Assembly (NCBI RefSeq): GCF_024521635.1
Contig: NW_026250404.1
Location: 1,922,001-1,986,000 of the forward strand
DNA from: Tricharina praecox
Lineage: Eukaryota
DNA: 64,000 bases
Direction: 5' to 3'
Shown here piece after piece: positions 11,988 through 24,809 of the stretch (within the stretch, counting starts at the first letter, position 1; each line of letters begins with the position of its first letter). The position numbers and the translations under genes are program-made. The notes under the pieces are model-generated. The model had not been told where the DNA came from, searched no databases, and saw nothing but the letters and a program-made list of their open reading frames with translations.

Positions 11988-13307
11988 CGGTAGAAATGCA
12001 GCAGCAGCAACGGAGGGAGAGATGCATGCATGTAAAATGGAAATGGTAGATCGTCCCTGAGCCAATATCCAATATCCATCCATTCATCCATCCATCCATC
12101 CATCTAACACAACGGGAATAGAAATTCCTCGGGTTAGCATGTACCTAACTTGGTGGTTGTGGTCGAAGGCCCGGAGCCGGAGCCGGAACCGAAGCTGGAG
12201 TGAGGGAGTGAGGGAGTGAGTGAGTGCGAAATGAAAAGAAAAGAACGCGTGGATGTCGAAAATCGCAGCATCATCGTACATGGGAGTAATCTCAGACAGC
12301 CAGACTTCTTCCCGGCCGCGGAATGGAATGCGGAATCTGAAATCTAAAATCTGAATCTTGACCATCGAGATATCTCCACTTCTTCACCTTGAGGCTTGCG
12401 CCCAACTTGTCTTGTCTTGTATAGCTGTTACCCATAGGCTATGTAGACTAGCTATCGCCCCGAGACTCGGGAGGTTGCGTGTCGTGTCTCAGCTCTCTCA
12501 GCTTTCTCTCTCTGTTTTTCCGATAGATACATTTTGCAGACAGAGCCGCAAGCAAGCCACAAGCCGCAGGCTGCGATAATCGCGCCGCCCCCCGCCGCCC
12601 CCCCCTTTCAAGTCTGGTTGGCCATGTTTCTGTGGAGATCGTCGGCGTCGGCGGGTGTGACAGGAATATCTGCTCCCGTGTGCAACGGTGCAACCCTTCC
12701 TACATACTTCTCGCACGGAAAAACAATTATAGGGGGCATGTGTGCTCTTTTCTTTTTCTTTTGTCTTTTTCTTTTCTCTCTCTTCGCCTGCCCCCCCTCC
12801 ACCCCCGGTTTTGTTTGCAACCATAACATAACATATCATAACAACGGCGACAGCGACGGACGGAAAGATTACAGGAAAGAAGCGAGGGAAGAAGGGAGAG
12901 AGGCGCTTGGTGCGCCTTCGCCGCCACCGGTTAGGGAGAAGTCTCCCCTCGGGTGACATATCCCGTGCTGGGGCTGGATAAAAGGCAAAGCCCGGGGAAA
13001 CAGGAATTTTGCGAAATCCGATGGAGCATGGAAAAGGGTATGTAGGAAGGATATCTAGGAAGGATATAGCCGCGTGTTCTTTGGCCTCGCTTGCTTCGTC
13101 GAAAACGGCCATGGCGAACGGATCGCCGGCTTTTCCGTCCTGAGGAGGAGGACGTCTCCGGGCGGGCCGGACTGGGGACGAGGAGCAGGAGGAAGGGAAG
13201 AAGGAAGAGGAACGTGTGCTCTGCCTAATGCCAAGGATCGGGGAAGGCGGCGGCTGGGGTCGGGGGGGATGCTGTTTCACGAGGCCGGATCGGCTGGGAT
13301 TCGCCTA

Positions 13308-13326
13308 GGGGGGGGGGGGGGGGGGG
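13308..13326 (+). repeat. G19 homopolymer
   Basis: Read directly. Confidence 0.9.
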
Positions 13327-15068
13327 TTTCGAAGAAGCCTGTGGGTGAAAGGAGCCTGGGCAGTGGACAATTCCTGACCTCGTCAACTGCTTGCGCTGCT
13401 AGCAGAGCCTGACGGCCTGCGGCACTGTGGTTAGTTCCTCTAGAGTCTGGCAAATGGAATGCCGGTCGCTCTGCTAGTGGAGACTTGATTACCCTTCCGG
13501 TGCGAAGCTCGTGGCCGTTAGTTACTCTAGTGTAGGAGCGACTCTCCAAGTTGTGCGGAGGTTGGCCCCCACCAAACGTGTCGACGATGTTCGTCGGTCG
13601 ACTAGAGTCTCCAGACAAGCCGTTCTAGAGTACCAAGGTGGATATGTAGAGAACAAGCACATCTCTAGGCGGAGAAGGTGCTCGAGCAGTCGAGCAACTG
13701 CGGAGTATCTCTCTTATCATGGCGTCCGCTTGGGCAACGCGGGGTGACATTGGACGGATCGGTGGGGAACGAAGATAGATAGTCGGCGGCGATCGGGCTC
13801 CGGGAGAAGCTATTTCCCGGCGACGACGAGGACGACGAGGACGACGTAGATACTGATAGATCACAATATCTACATAGATACCAGTTTTCTGCTCCGAGAA
13901 CTCGGTGCATGGCGAGTAGCAAAGATACCCAGTACGCACCAGCCACTATGATAGTAGGTACGTCGATACCTTGAAAACTGCTGATAACCGTCCAATTACG
14001 ATCGACGATTCTGGCGGTGGGGGGGCAGGAAGGAAGGGAAGGAATCGTTGCACATACATACCGAAATCTCCCCCGGCCTATGGCACTTGACCCGCAGGTT
14101 CCACTTGTTGTTCTTTCGGTGTGGGCATTGCGCGGCTCGTTTCCAATAATAGAACCGCACATCGAAGAAAAAAAAAGAAAGAAAAAGAAAAAAAGAATAG
14201 CGAAAAGGTAACAAGCATACGGCACGAACGACAGACGAACGCCAGACGAACGCCCGAAGCGGTGATGGCGGGTGGCCGCTATCGAAGAGTTTGGGAGTCC
14301 GGAGGGAAATTCGACGCTGCACTCTGCAGACAGGGCCTCGTTGGTGAGCAGTAGCAAGACTGCTTGCGTGCTTTGCTGCTCGTCTGCTCGTCTGCTTGTT
14401 CCGTCTGCTTACTCGTGGTGGTTTGTAAGGCTCGCATGCTTCTTGTGTTGGATGCGTTCCCTCCTTCCCACCGTCGCAACCCAGTCCGAAGACGGCTTTG
14501 CCGTGTCGGGCGTAGCGAGCAGGAGGAAGTGCAGTCCGAATCTCCCGTTATCTGCCCCAACCAGGAGAAGGCCATCTCCCCCTACCCTGCTGATTGCCTT
14601 CGAAAAAGAAAAGAAGAAAACCCCGAATAATCCATGGTGTTCATGCTCGCTCCGTCCCCCCTTCCCGGAGGGGCAAGGGTCCGTTGTTGATGAGTGACGA
14701 CTGAGGTGGATGTGTGTGGCAACGGGGGGTCGATGGCCTGCGGTGCTGGTGGTGGTCGAGGTGGTGGTGGTGGTGGTGGAGTGGAGTGGAGTGGAGTGGA
14801 GTGGCTCCCCGTGCGTTACGTGCGCAAAGGGCATGGTCCCGAAGCACATCCCATCACACACACACCCGCCTCGAACCAGCAACTCACAACAAGCACCAGT
14901 CCAAATAAATACCCTCCAAGCCCCCCCCATATTCTCTTGCATCCTCCAACCCATTACACACTCGCTCAACTACTACACGCTCGTTCCATCCCCACGACCT
15001 CAGCATCTCATCCATCAACAAACAACTCTCAATCCCAAAACAACCCCCAAACAAACAAATCAATCAAA

Positions 15069-15409
15069 ATGCAGTTCAAGCTCGTCTCCCTCGCTGTTGC
15101 TGCCCTCGTGGCCTCCGCTGCGGCCCAGAACGCCACCAACGGGTAAGGACCCCTCGATCATCACAGCCAGCTCAGCTGGAATCACTTTGCTCATCGTATA
15201 CTGACATGTTCCATCATCAGAACCAACGGAACCACCCCCGTCCCCACCCAGTCCGCTGTCCCCGACTCGGCTGCGTTCCAGAACGCCGTCTCTGGCGGTC
15301 TCTTGGGAGCTGTCATCGCTGGAGGTCTCGCCTTGGTATGTTGACACCTACACTCGATCGTCGCTTCCCTCGAGCAATTACTGATTGTTTGTCCCTGCAG
15401 GTCTTGTAA
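15069..15409 (+). CDS. 65-aa secreted, probably GPI-anchored micro-protein, 3 exons
   Basis: CAAAATG context; MQFKLVSLAVAALVASAAAQNATNG | TNGTTPVPTQSAVPDSAAFQNAVSGGLLGAVIAGGLAL | VL*; introns 15143-15220 (GTAAGG..CTGAC..CAG) and 15336-15400 (GTATGT..CTGAT..CAG). Confidence 0.85.
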
Positions 15410-16576
15410 ATCAACCTCTTCTTTTCATAGAGTAGTGGTTTGAGCTTTGCATGGTCTCGGTTGGTTCTGGCGATATGTGGCGTCTCTGTTCATAGTCATG
15501 TTTTGCTGGGAGTGTCCGTTTTTTCTTTTTCTTGCTTTGGGAGACATCAGGTGTCACGACTTTGTGGCAGGATGATGCTTTCTGTTCTGCTGGGGGCGTA
15601 ATGATCGGGAGAGGATGGCGGAGGAGGATGTCGGGGAGTGGATTGCCCGTTTCTGCGTTACAATAGAAGCCTTAATTTCCATCCGCAAATATGTGTGTAT
15701 CTCGTGTGAGCTGTCGTGTGAGCTGTCGTGATCTTTTGGCCATCAAACATCAAACATCTCATCTGTGTATTTACCCTTACCACCTCTCGTCCCGAAGCTA
15801 TTTTTCCGTGATTGTCGCTATGGTTGTAAAACTGTGCTGCACAGCAGCTCCAATGTTTTTTACACCTACAGCTCCCTATTCCCACACTTGTGAGGCGGGT
15901 GGATGGAGCATTCTGCGACATTTCGAGGTCGGTCATTCGCTGGGCCCTGGCTGTTTCGGAGCGGAAAGCGAGACAATCCGTGCCTACCGATCCCTACGAC
16001 ATGCCGAGTAGTGTCTCCGCTGTCTCCACTGTCTCCGTCCCCACCGCTCGTGCCGTGGAGCTCAAAAATGCGATGGAAATCCGTAAATAAAAACTACCAG
16101 TATACAGATTTCTGAATGTTGTGACTCGTGAGGATGTTCGAAACTCCCGTACGACCATGCACGTGGTTGAAGTATGCAAAGTGTTCACAGCTGTGCGGCG
16201 ATAAAGCGTACTTTCAGTCATCGACACCCTGTTCTCCTGTCGAACGGTGAAGTGAACAACTCTGTGTGAGTGAACACTTCGTATCAGCCTCCCCACCCCC
16301 CAACAGAGCAACCGATCCCCTTCCGTCAATCCTGCCATCTTGCTTTTTATCCGCAACACTCACTCTACCTACCACTATCTACTACTTTAACGCCGTCGCC
16401 GTCACGATACCACGCAGCTCTTCACTTTTGGCGATTCGTTTCTGTTCACTGTTCCGAGCGCAGTCGACCTTAACCCCCCGGAGCAATCCAACCCACCTCC
16501 TTTTCGCACCACCACCATCACCCGCCAACAACCCCACCCCCACCCCTAGTGTTGGCTTACAACATCGGAAATCACT

Positions 16577-19500
16577 ATGGCGCCTCTACCAATCTCCTTT
16601 ACTGAGCTTCTCTCGGTATGATCTGAATCACTGGAACGTGTTGGAGGTCCGGGGTGTGATGCTGACAGCTGGTGCTTCGATATAGCTCCCGCAGCTAGAA
16701 ATCTCGGTATGTGCCCGCCTCCCCCGTTACCCAGCTCTTTTTCCATCCTAACCATCTCAAAGCCAGGTTCGATAGGATTCAATACCACCGTAAGTAGCAT
16801 CCCTCGAGATCGTGACATCTCCTCCGGAGGGGTGGGGAGGGGGGCATGTCCGCTTATTGGGAGGTGGTGTCTAGACATTAGAGAGCGACCGGTACATATG
16901 TGTGCGGGAAAAGAGCGACGAAGCTTCGGCCCAGGTTGTGATTATTGACCTTCACAATGGCAACAATGTCACGCGGCGAACCATCAAGGCCGACAGTGCC
17001 ATCATGCACTGGACCAAAAACATCATAGCTCTCAAGGCCCAGCGCACACTTCAGATCTTCGACCTGGATGCTAAGGGAAAGCTGAAGTCCCACGCGATGG
17101 ATGCCGATGTCGTGTTCTGGAAGTGGATCAGCGAGAAAGCGATTGGTCTCATCACCGATACGAGTGTCTACCATTGGGATATCCTGGACCCCTCACAGAA
17201 TGCTCCGGTCAAGATGTTTGATAGGCACATGAACCTTCAGGTCGGTAGCTAACGGATCATCTACCTCTACCCTCTTGTGCGGCGGCGGCGGCGGCGGGAA
17301 ATTGTGATGCTGATGATGGAACGGTGATCCTACAGGGCAGTCAAATCATCAATTACCGTGTCAACTCCGACGAGAAATGGATGGTGGTTGTCGGGATATC
17401 TTCGCAGCAGGGACGAGTCGTCGGCAGCATGCAGCTCTATTCGAAGGATCGGGGCATCAGTCAGGCTATCGAGGGTCACGCCGCGGCATTCGCCGAACTT
17501 CGCATGGAGGGGGCCCCGAGCCCGACGAAGCTATTCACATTCTCGGTGCGCACGCCACAGGGGGCAAAGCTGCACGTCGTAGAGGTGGATCATGTCGCCG
17601 GAAACCCCACCTTCCAGAAGAAGGCCGTGGACGTCTATTTCCCGGCGGAGGCGGTCAACGACTTTCCCGTTGCGATGCAAGTCTCCCAGAGATTTTCAAT
17701 AATCTACCTTGTCACGAAATACGGCTTCATCCACCTTTACGATCTGGAGACCGGAACCTGCATCTTCATGAACAGAATCTCGAGTGAAACAATCTTTACC
17801 ACCACAACACATGACGCCACATCCGGCATAATCGCGGTCAACAGAAAGGGTCAGGTTCTGTCGGTCAGCGTGGACGAGAACCAGATCATCCCATACCTCC
17901 TTCAGAATCCTGCCAACTCACAGCTGGCCATCAATCTTGCTTCGCGTGCTGGACTTGCCGGTGCCGACGATCTCTACACACAGCAGTTCAACCAATTAAT
18001 GTCGCAGAACAACTATGTGGAAGCTGCCAAGGTTGCCGCAAACTCTCCCCGTGGTTTCCTGCGGACGCCACAGACCATCGAGAAGTTCAAGGCCGTCCCT
18101 GCACCCCCGGGGCAGCTGTCCGTCATCCTTCAGTACTTTGGAATGTTGCTCGATAAGACAACACTCAACAAGCATGAGACGATCGAGTTGGTCAGGCCGG
18201 TATTGGCCCAGAACAGGATGTACCTTCTGGAGAAGTGGGTGAAGGAGAACAAGCTCGAGTGCACCGAGGAGCTCGGAGACATCGTGCGTCCTCACGACAT
18301 CAACCTGGCCTTGAGCGTGTACCTGCGGGCAAACGCCTCGCAAAAGGTCGTTGCGTCTTTCGCGGAGACCGGCCAGTTCGACAAGATCCTGCCATACGCC
18401 CAGAAGGTTGGATATAACCCGGACTACACGGCTCTTTTGACGCACATTGTCCGGATCAACCCCGAGAAAGGAGCCGAGTTCGCTACCCAGCTTGCTGGCC
18501 ACGAGGGCGGCGCTCTGATCGATATCGACCGCGTTGTAGATGTCTTCCTCTCGCAGAGCATGATCCAGCAGGCTACTGCGTTCCTGCTTACTGCTTTGGA
18601 GGGCAATAAGCCTGAGCAAGGAGCGCAGCAGACTCGTCTGCTCGAGATGAACCTCCTCAATGCCCCGCAGGTTGCTGCTGCGATTCTGAGCAACAACATG
18701 TTCTCGTACTATGATAAGGCAAAGGTCGCGCAGTTGTGCGAGAATGCCGGTTTGTTCCAGCAGGTTTTTACTCCCCGTATTCCCGTTCGCCGGATATAGC
18801 CTAACTTTTTCCAGGCTCTCGAGCATTACGAGGATCCTGCGGCCATCAAGCGGGTTCTGTGCAATAATGCGGCTGCCTTGAACGCCGATTTCGTAGTTCA
18901 GTACTTCGGACGCATGTCGGTCGAGGACTCTCTGGAATGCCTCCGGGAAATGCTGCGCGTCAACATCCGGGCGAACCTTCAGATTGTCATCCAGATCGCC
19001 ACCAAGTACTCGGATCTTCTGGGACCCCACCGTCTCATTGAGCTTTTCGAGCAGTTCAAGACTTTCGAGGGATTGTACTACTACTTGGGAACCGTTGTCA
19101 ACCTAACGGAGGATGGCGATGTAGTGTTTAAATACCTCCAGGCTGCCACCCGGATGGGCCAGATGACCGAAGTGGAGCGCATCTGCCGTGACAACAACCA
19201 CTACAACCCCGAAAAGGTTAAGAACTTCCTCAAGGAGGCTCAGTTGACCGAACAGCTTCCTTTGATCGTTGTGTGCGACCGGTTCAACTTCATCCATGAT
19301 CTGGTCCTCTACCTCTACCGTAACCAACAGTTCAAGTCCATTGAGGTCTATGTCCAGCGCGTCAACCCGAGCCGGACGCCCGCCGTTGTTGGAGGACTGT
19401 TGGATGTGGATTGCGAAGAGTCCATCATCAAGGGCCTGTTGAAGTCGGTTCCGGCTGCTGCTGTTCCTGTTGACGAGCTCGTGGCCGAGGTAGAAAAGAG

Positions 19501-22140
19501 GAACCGGCTCAAGATGCTCCTGCCTTTCCTCGAGGACATGCTTAACGCCGGCAACGAGCAGCCTGCGGTTTACAACGCTTTGGCCAAGATCTACATCGAC
19601 AGCAACAATAATCCCGAGAAATTTCTGAAGGAGAATGACAAGTACGACTCTGCTATCGTCGGAAAATACTGCGAGAAGAGAGATCCTTACCTGGCTTTCA
19701 TCGCCTACCAGAAGGGCCAGAACGACCTCGAGCTGGTTAAGATCACCAATGAGAACTCGATGTTCAAGCACCAGGCCAGGTATCTCGTTGCGAGACGTGA
19801 TCCCGAGCTGTGGAACTTCGTCCTCAGCCCGAACAACTTGCATCGCCGTCCCCTTGTTGACCAGGTTGTTGCCACTGCCGTTCCGGAGTCGACCGATCCC
19901 GAAGACGTCTCGACCGCGGTACAGTCGTTCTTGCAGAATGATCTGCCTACGGAGCTCATTGAGCTACTGGAGAAGATCATACTCGAGGCTTCCCCGTTCA
20001 GCGAAAACAACAACTTGCAGAACCTGCTGATTCTCACCGCTGTCCGCGCCGACAAGGCTCGCGTGATGGACTACATCAACCGCCTGACGAACTATGACGG
20101 TCCCGATATCGCTAACATCTGTATCGAGAACGGTCTGTTCGAGGAAGCACTTGAGGTGTACAAGAAGAGCGATGCACACGCTGAGGCGATTAATGTTCTC
20201 ATCGAGCACATCGTCAGCATCGACCGCGCATACGCCTATGCTGATCGTGTTGACCTGCCGGAGGTATGGAGCCGCCTGGGTAAGGCCCAAATCGATGGCC
20301 TTCGCATTTCCGATGGTATCGAGTCGTACATTCGGGCCGGCGACCCAAGCAACTACGCCGAGGTCATCGAGATGTCTAGTCGTGCCGGAAAGTTCGAGGA
20401 CCTTATTAAGTACCTTCAGATGTGCCGCAAGACGCTACGGGAGCCACCGATTGACAGCAGTATGGCTTTGTGCCTGGCTCGTGTCGAGAAGCTTCACGAG
20501 TTGGAGGACTTCTTGAACGCAGCCAATGTCGCCAACATCGAGGAGTGCGGAGACGCGGCGTACGAAGAGGGCCTTCACCAGGCTGCCAAGATCTTTTACA
20601 CCAGCATCTCCAACTGGGCTAAGCTCGCGACGACCCTGGTGTTCTTGGAAGAGTACCAGAATGCCGTTGAGTGCGCCCGCAAGGCCAACAGCACCAAGGT
20701 CTGGAAGCAGGTTCATGAGGCCTGTGTTCACAAGAAGGAGTTCCGCCTTGCTCAGATCTGTGGTCTGAACCTGATCGTTCACGCCGAGGAGTTGCAGGAG
20801 ATTGTCAAGCAGTACGAGCGCAACGGTTACTTCGACGAGCTCATCCACTTGCTTGAGAATGGTCTCGGTCTCGAGAGGGCGCACATGGGCATGTTCACCG
20901 AGCTCGGAATCGCACTCACCAAGTATCACCCCGAGCGTGTCATGGAGCATCTCAAGCTATTCTGGGGCCGCATCAACATCCCCAAGATGATCCGTGCATG
21001 CGAGCAAGCACACCTGTGGCCAGAGCTTATCTTCTTGTATTGCCACTACGACGAGTGGGACAATGCTGCGTTGGCCATGATGGAGCGGGCCGCGGATGCC
21101 TGGGAGCACCAGTCCTTCAAGGATATTGTCGTCAAGGTTGCGAACTTGGAGATCTACTACCGGGCGCTCAACTTCTACCTACAGGAGCAGCCTTCGCTTA
21201 TGACGGACTTGTTGACGGTGCTCACGCCCCGCGTCGATGTCGCCAGGTATGTTGCCCGCAATCAGCTGATGGACATGGATACTGATTGCATGCAGGGTGG
21301 TTCGCATGTTCGAGAAGTCGGATAACATTCCGTTGATAAAGCCCTTCTTGCTCAACGTGCAGCCGCAGAACAACAAGGTCGTCAACAGTGCCATCAACGA
21401 TCTGCTGATCGAGGAGGAGGACTACAAGACTCTGCGTGACTCGGTTGAGAACTACGACAACTACGATCCCGTTGAGCTCGCCCAGAGACTGGAGAAGCAC
21501 GAGTAAGTCCCTACAGTCCAGCACAGCCAATCGCTTGGTCAACATGCGGTCACGGTGAAACTGACGATCCCATGTAGTCTTGTCTTCTTCCGGCAGGTTG
21601 CAGCAAACATCTACCGAAAGCACAAACGCTGGAGCCAATCGATTTCTCTGTCGAAACAAGACAAGCTTTTCAAGGATGCGATCGAAACTGCTGCCGTGTC
21701 GGGCCGCGAGGAGGTTGTCGACGACCTCCTGCGATACGTAAGTCGTCCACATTTAGGCTGTGTTCCCGGGTAATATCCACTAAGTGGAGATTCTCTAGTT
21801 CGTCGATATCGGAAATCGGGAATGCTACGCGGCGATGCTCTACGCCTGTTACGATCTGATCCCCGTGCACACGGTCATGGAGATTTCATGGCGGTACGGC
21901 CTTACCGATTACGCCATGCCTTTCATGATCAATGTCATGCGCGAGCAGTCGACGAAGATCATCACGCTCGAAAAGGATAACGAGGAACGCAAGGCTCGCG
22001 AAGCATCCCAACAGAAGATTGAGGACGACACGCCGATCTTGGGTAAGGGAACACTCATGATCACTGCCGCTCCCGGTGGCGTTGGTCAGCCTTATGGAAA
22101 TGGCATTGCCCCCCAGGCTACTGGATTCATGGGGTTCTAA
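16577..22140 (+). CDS. CHC1: Clathrin heavy chain, multi-exon
   Basis: MAPLPISFTELLS | LPQLEIS | PGSIGFNTT | TLESDRYICVREK; ADSAIMH, DFPVAMQVS, TKYGFIHLYDLETG, PLIVVCDRF, GLERAHMGMFTEL; ends ATGFMGF* at 22140. Confidence 0.98.
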
Positions 22141-24809
22141 TCGGGCGGATCGAGCGAGGGATGGCTTGAGATTTGGAAATTCCGTTTGTTTTTTTTTCTT
22201 TCTTTTCGAGCGGAAGGGTTAAAAGGGGGAATTAGTCCAGGTGGGGTGGTGGGTTCTTAGCTTTTTTTCTTTTCTTCCTTTTTTTCTTTCTTTGCGGGGT
22301 GTTGTCTTTTAGTTTCGTACCTAAGTACTTTGTCATTTCAAACTCATGTCCATTCGATTCGCGGGTCTGCTGTAGTTGTAAGGGTTGGCTTGTTCTTTGG
22401 TTTTTCTTTCCTTTTTATCACTTGCTTGCTTGCTTAAGTAAGTGAGTATTTTTTACCTTTGCGATTTTGATGACCTTTCCTCTACACTCCGCTTCGTATG
22501 ACACTTCAGAATGGGATCTTCTTGTTCCGTTCGTTTGTTTACGAATTTTTTGATGATGACATGGATAAATTTCCTTACCTATGATTGGTAGCGATATGAT
22601 AGGTAGCGATGAGGATGGCGATGGGCGATGGCGATGGGGTTGGCGATGGGGTTGGTTTACACTCTACCTACTCTAATAGACGCTTCTTACTCTCTTACTC
22701 TTACTCTACGGTATACTCTATTTCTGCTTTGCGCGGCAGCCAGCATAAAGAGCAGCACGATGATGTGATCTGTAGACTGTAGTCTGTAGATAGAGTAAAG
22801 CGGCGACGAAGAAAAGTGTGATTGGTACACACTTCATTGCTTTTTTTCCTCTCTTTTGAAAAATGCCCCCCTCTAGTTCTAAGACTTTTTTGTTTGAACT
22901 TATCATGTACGGCGATGAGGGATGGGCTGGACTGGGGATGGGGGAAGGTCGCCGCCGCATGCCGTTAATCGATTATCGATCTGTAGATACACACTGTATG
23001 TATGTGCGTATTTGAGATGCTGCATGACATGACAGGACATGTCTCGGGGGCCGACGACGACAGCCAGGACTATACACCACGACTCGCAGGGCGTCGAAGA
23101 GGAGGAGGAGGCTGAAGACCGGACCCCATCAAGGTGCGTACGTAGTTTCTTAAGTACTAGGCGGAGACGCAAGTGCGTATAACTCGGCAGTGCTCATGGG
23201 CATGCTCGTGGGCGGACGGCGGACGCCGGGGAGAGGTCGGCGTCTGGTGTCCGGGGAATTGACCCGAAACACCGCGTGCTGGGTGCGGGTTTCACAAGCC
23301 AGCAAGCCAGCCACTACTTCCCCCGCCTAGCGTGTAAGGAGGAAGTCCAGAGGGTCTACGAGAGCTTGAGCTGTAGGAGAACATACGATAGGTAGAGTAC
23401 GGGGGAGCTCTGGATGGATGCTGGGTGGTGAATGGTAGTGGATGGCAGTGGGCGGGCGAAGTCGGCTATGCGATGGGCCCGAGGTTGAGTGCGGTGGGCA
23501 ATCACCCGTACCTACATGATGCTCGTGCTGGGTATTGTATGGGGGAGGGGATGGGATGGGTATAGAGCATAGAGAGAGCGTCGGGACTCGGTGGGTTTGT
23601 GGATTTGTGGGTCTGTGGGTCGGGACTCTGGGTAAGTTGGTATGTTGGTATGTTGGTATGGGTCTATCTATCTACACACATACCCGGAGAGTAGAAGTAG
23701 AGTAGAGTACCTGCGTGGATATTTCGGGACTGACAGTCTATCATACAGAAGGGTTGGTTGGCTGGGGGTTTGGAATTTGGCCTTTGGCGGGCATGGGTGC
23801 TCCGTCCTGGGATCAGAGCTATGACCATTGACCACGGGCTGCGGGGGTGGGAGGAGAGGTTGAAGCTCGTGGAGATGGATGGAGATGAAGTTCCAAGTCG
23901 ATGGGCGATGGAGCGGCTTGGAATGAGTGGGTGGGTGGGGTGTGTGTGTGCAGGAAAAATGGTTATTTGCACCCAAGTCAGTCGCCTTGTGCAGTGCAGA
24001 ATTGATCTGATCCGATCGGACTGCTCGGCCGGCCGTGATGTTACCTTTGCCTTTTCCTCTTGGAAATTTGGGTGTGCGCTGCGATAAGAAACCGAAACCG
24101 AAACCAAGCAGCAGCTTCGATTCCTCACTGGAAAACTACCTAGCACACTCTAGTTAAAGTCCGTAATCTAGTGTCACTACTGCGCTCTAACCTTCGTTTC
24201 TTCCTTACCCCTCCATCTCGTAACCCCGCCAACCCAAACCCCAGCCGAACCTTCTTCCCCTCCTGTGGCTGTGGGAAACAAAAAATCTTAGCGCACATGG
24301 TGGTGGTGGTGGTGGTAGGGAAAAGTGCAGTGACGCCGCCGCTGCCCAGGAAGCAGCAGCAGCTGCTGCTTGCTGGACCCAAGACCGTACGCAGACCAGA
24401 CCGTAGACCGACCCAACCCCCATCTTTGCGTCCGTGAAGATAGATAGGCAAGGCACTTGGACTTTTATCGTTGGTCTATGACTCTATTGCACATACATAA
24501 CATAAGATCCTCCTCCCTCCCGCCCTCCCCCCACCATCACTCCCGATATATTATCCTCCCTTCCACCCACCTGCTCCTCCTCCTCCCTCTCCTCCTCCTC
24601 CTGTCCCTTCCTCCATCTCTTCCCTCACCTCACCTCTCCCATCCGCTAGCCTGCCAGCCTATCTACACACTCACCACCACGACACAAAAAAGAAGGGACC
24701 TTTAGCTTGAACTGGCTTGCCGGCGTTGCCCTTCCGCCCACGCCCGAATCCACTGTTTCCCACCCCCATACACACAAACAAACAACCTACAACAGCAACA
24801 AACGCAGCA

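Noticed and set aside
12928..12940. CCCTAACC on the minus strand as a telomerase RNA template
   Set aside because: An 8-nt match is expected by chance, and no supporting structure was identified.
12498..14969. Several 150-260 aa ORFs in the long intergenic region
   Set aside because: They translate microsatellites and homopolymer tracts, with no domain motifs or coherent splice model.
22460..22620. Box C/D snoRNA suggested by TGATGA motifs
   Set aside because: No matching CTGA D box or terminal stem found.
24734..24746. CCG-N7-CCG upstream of PYC as an AcuK/AcuM site
   Set aside because: A single occurrence of a motif common by chance in GC-rich DNA.
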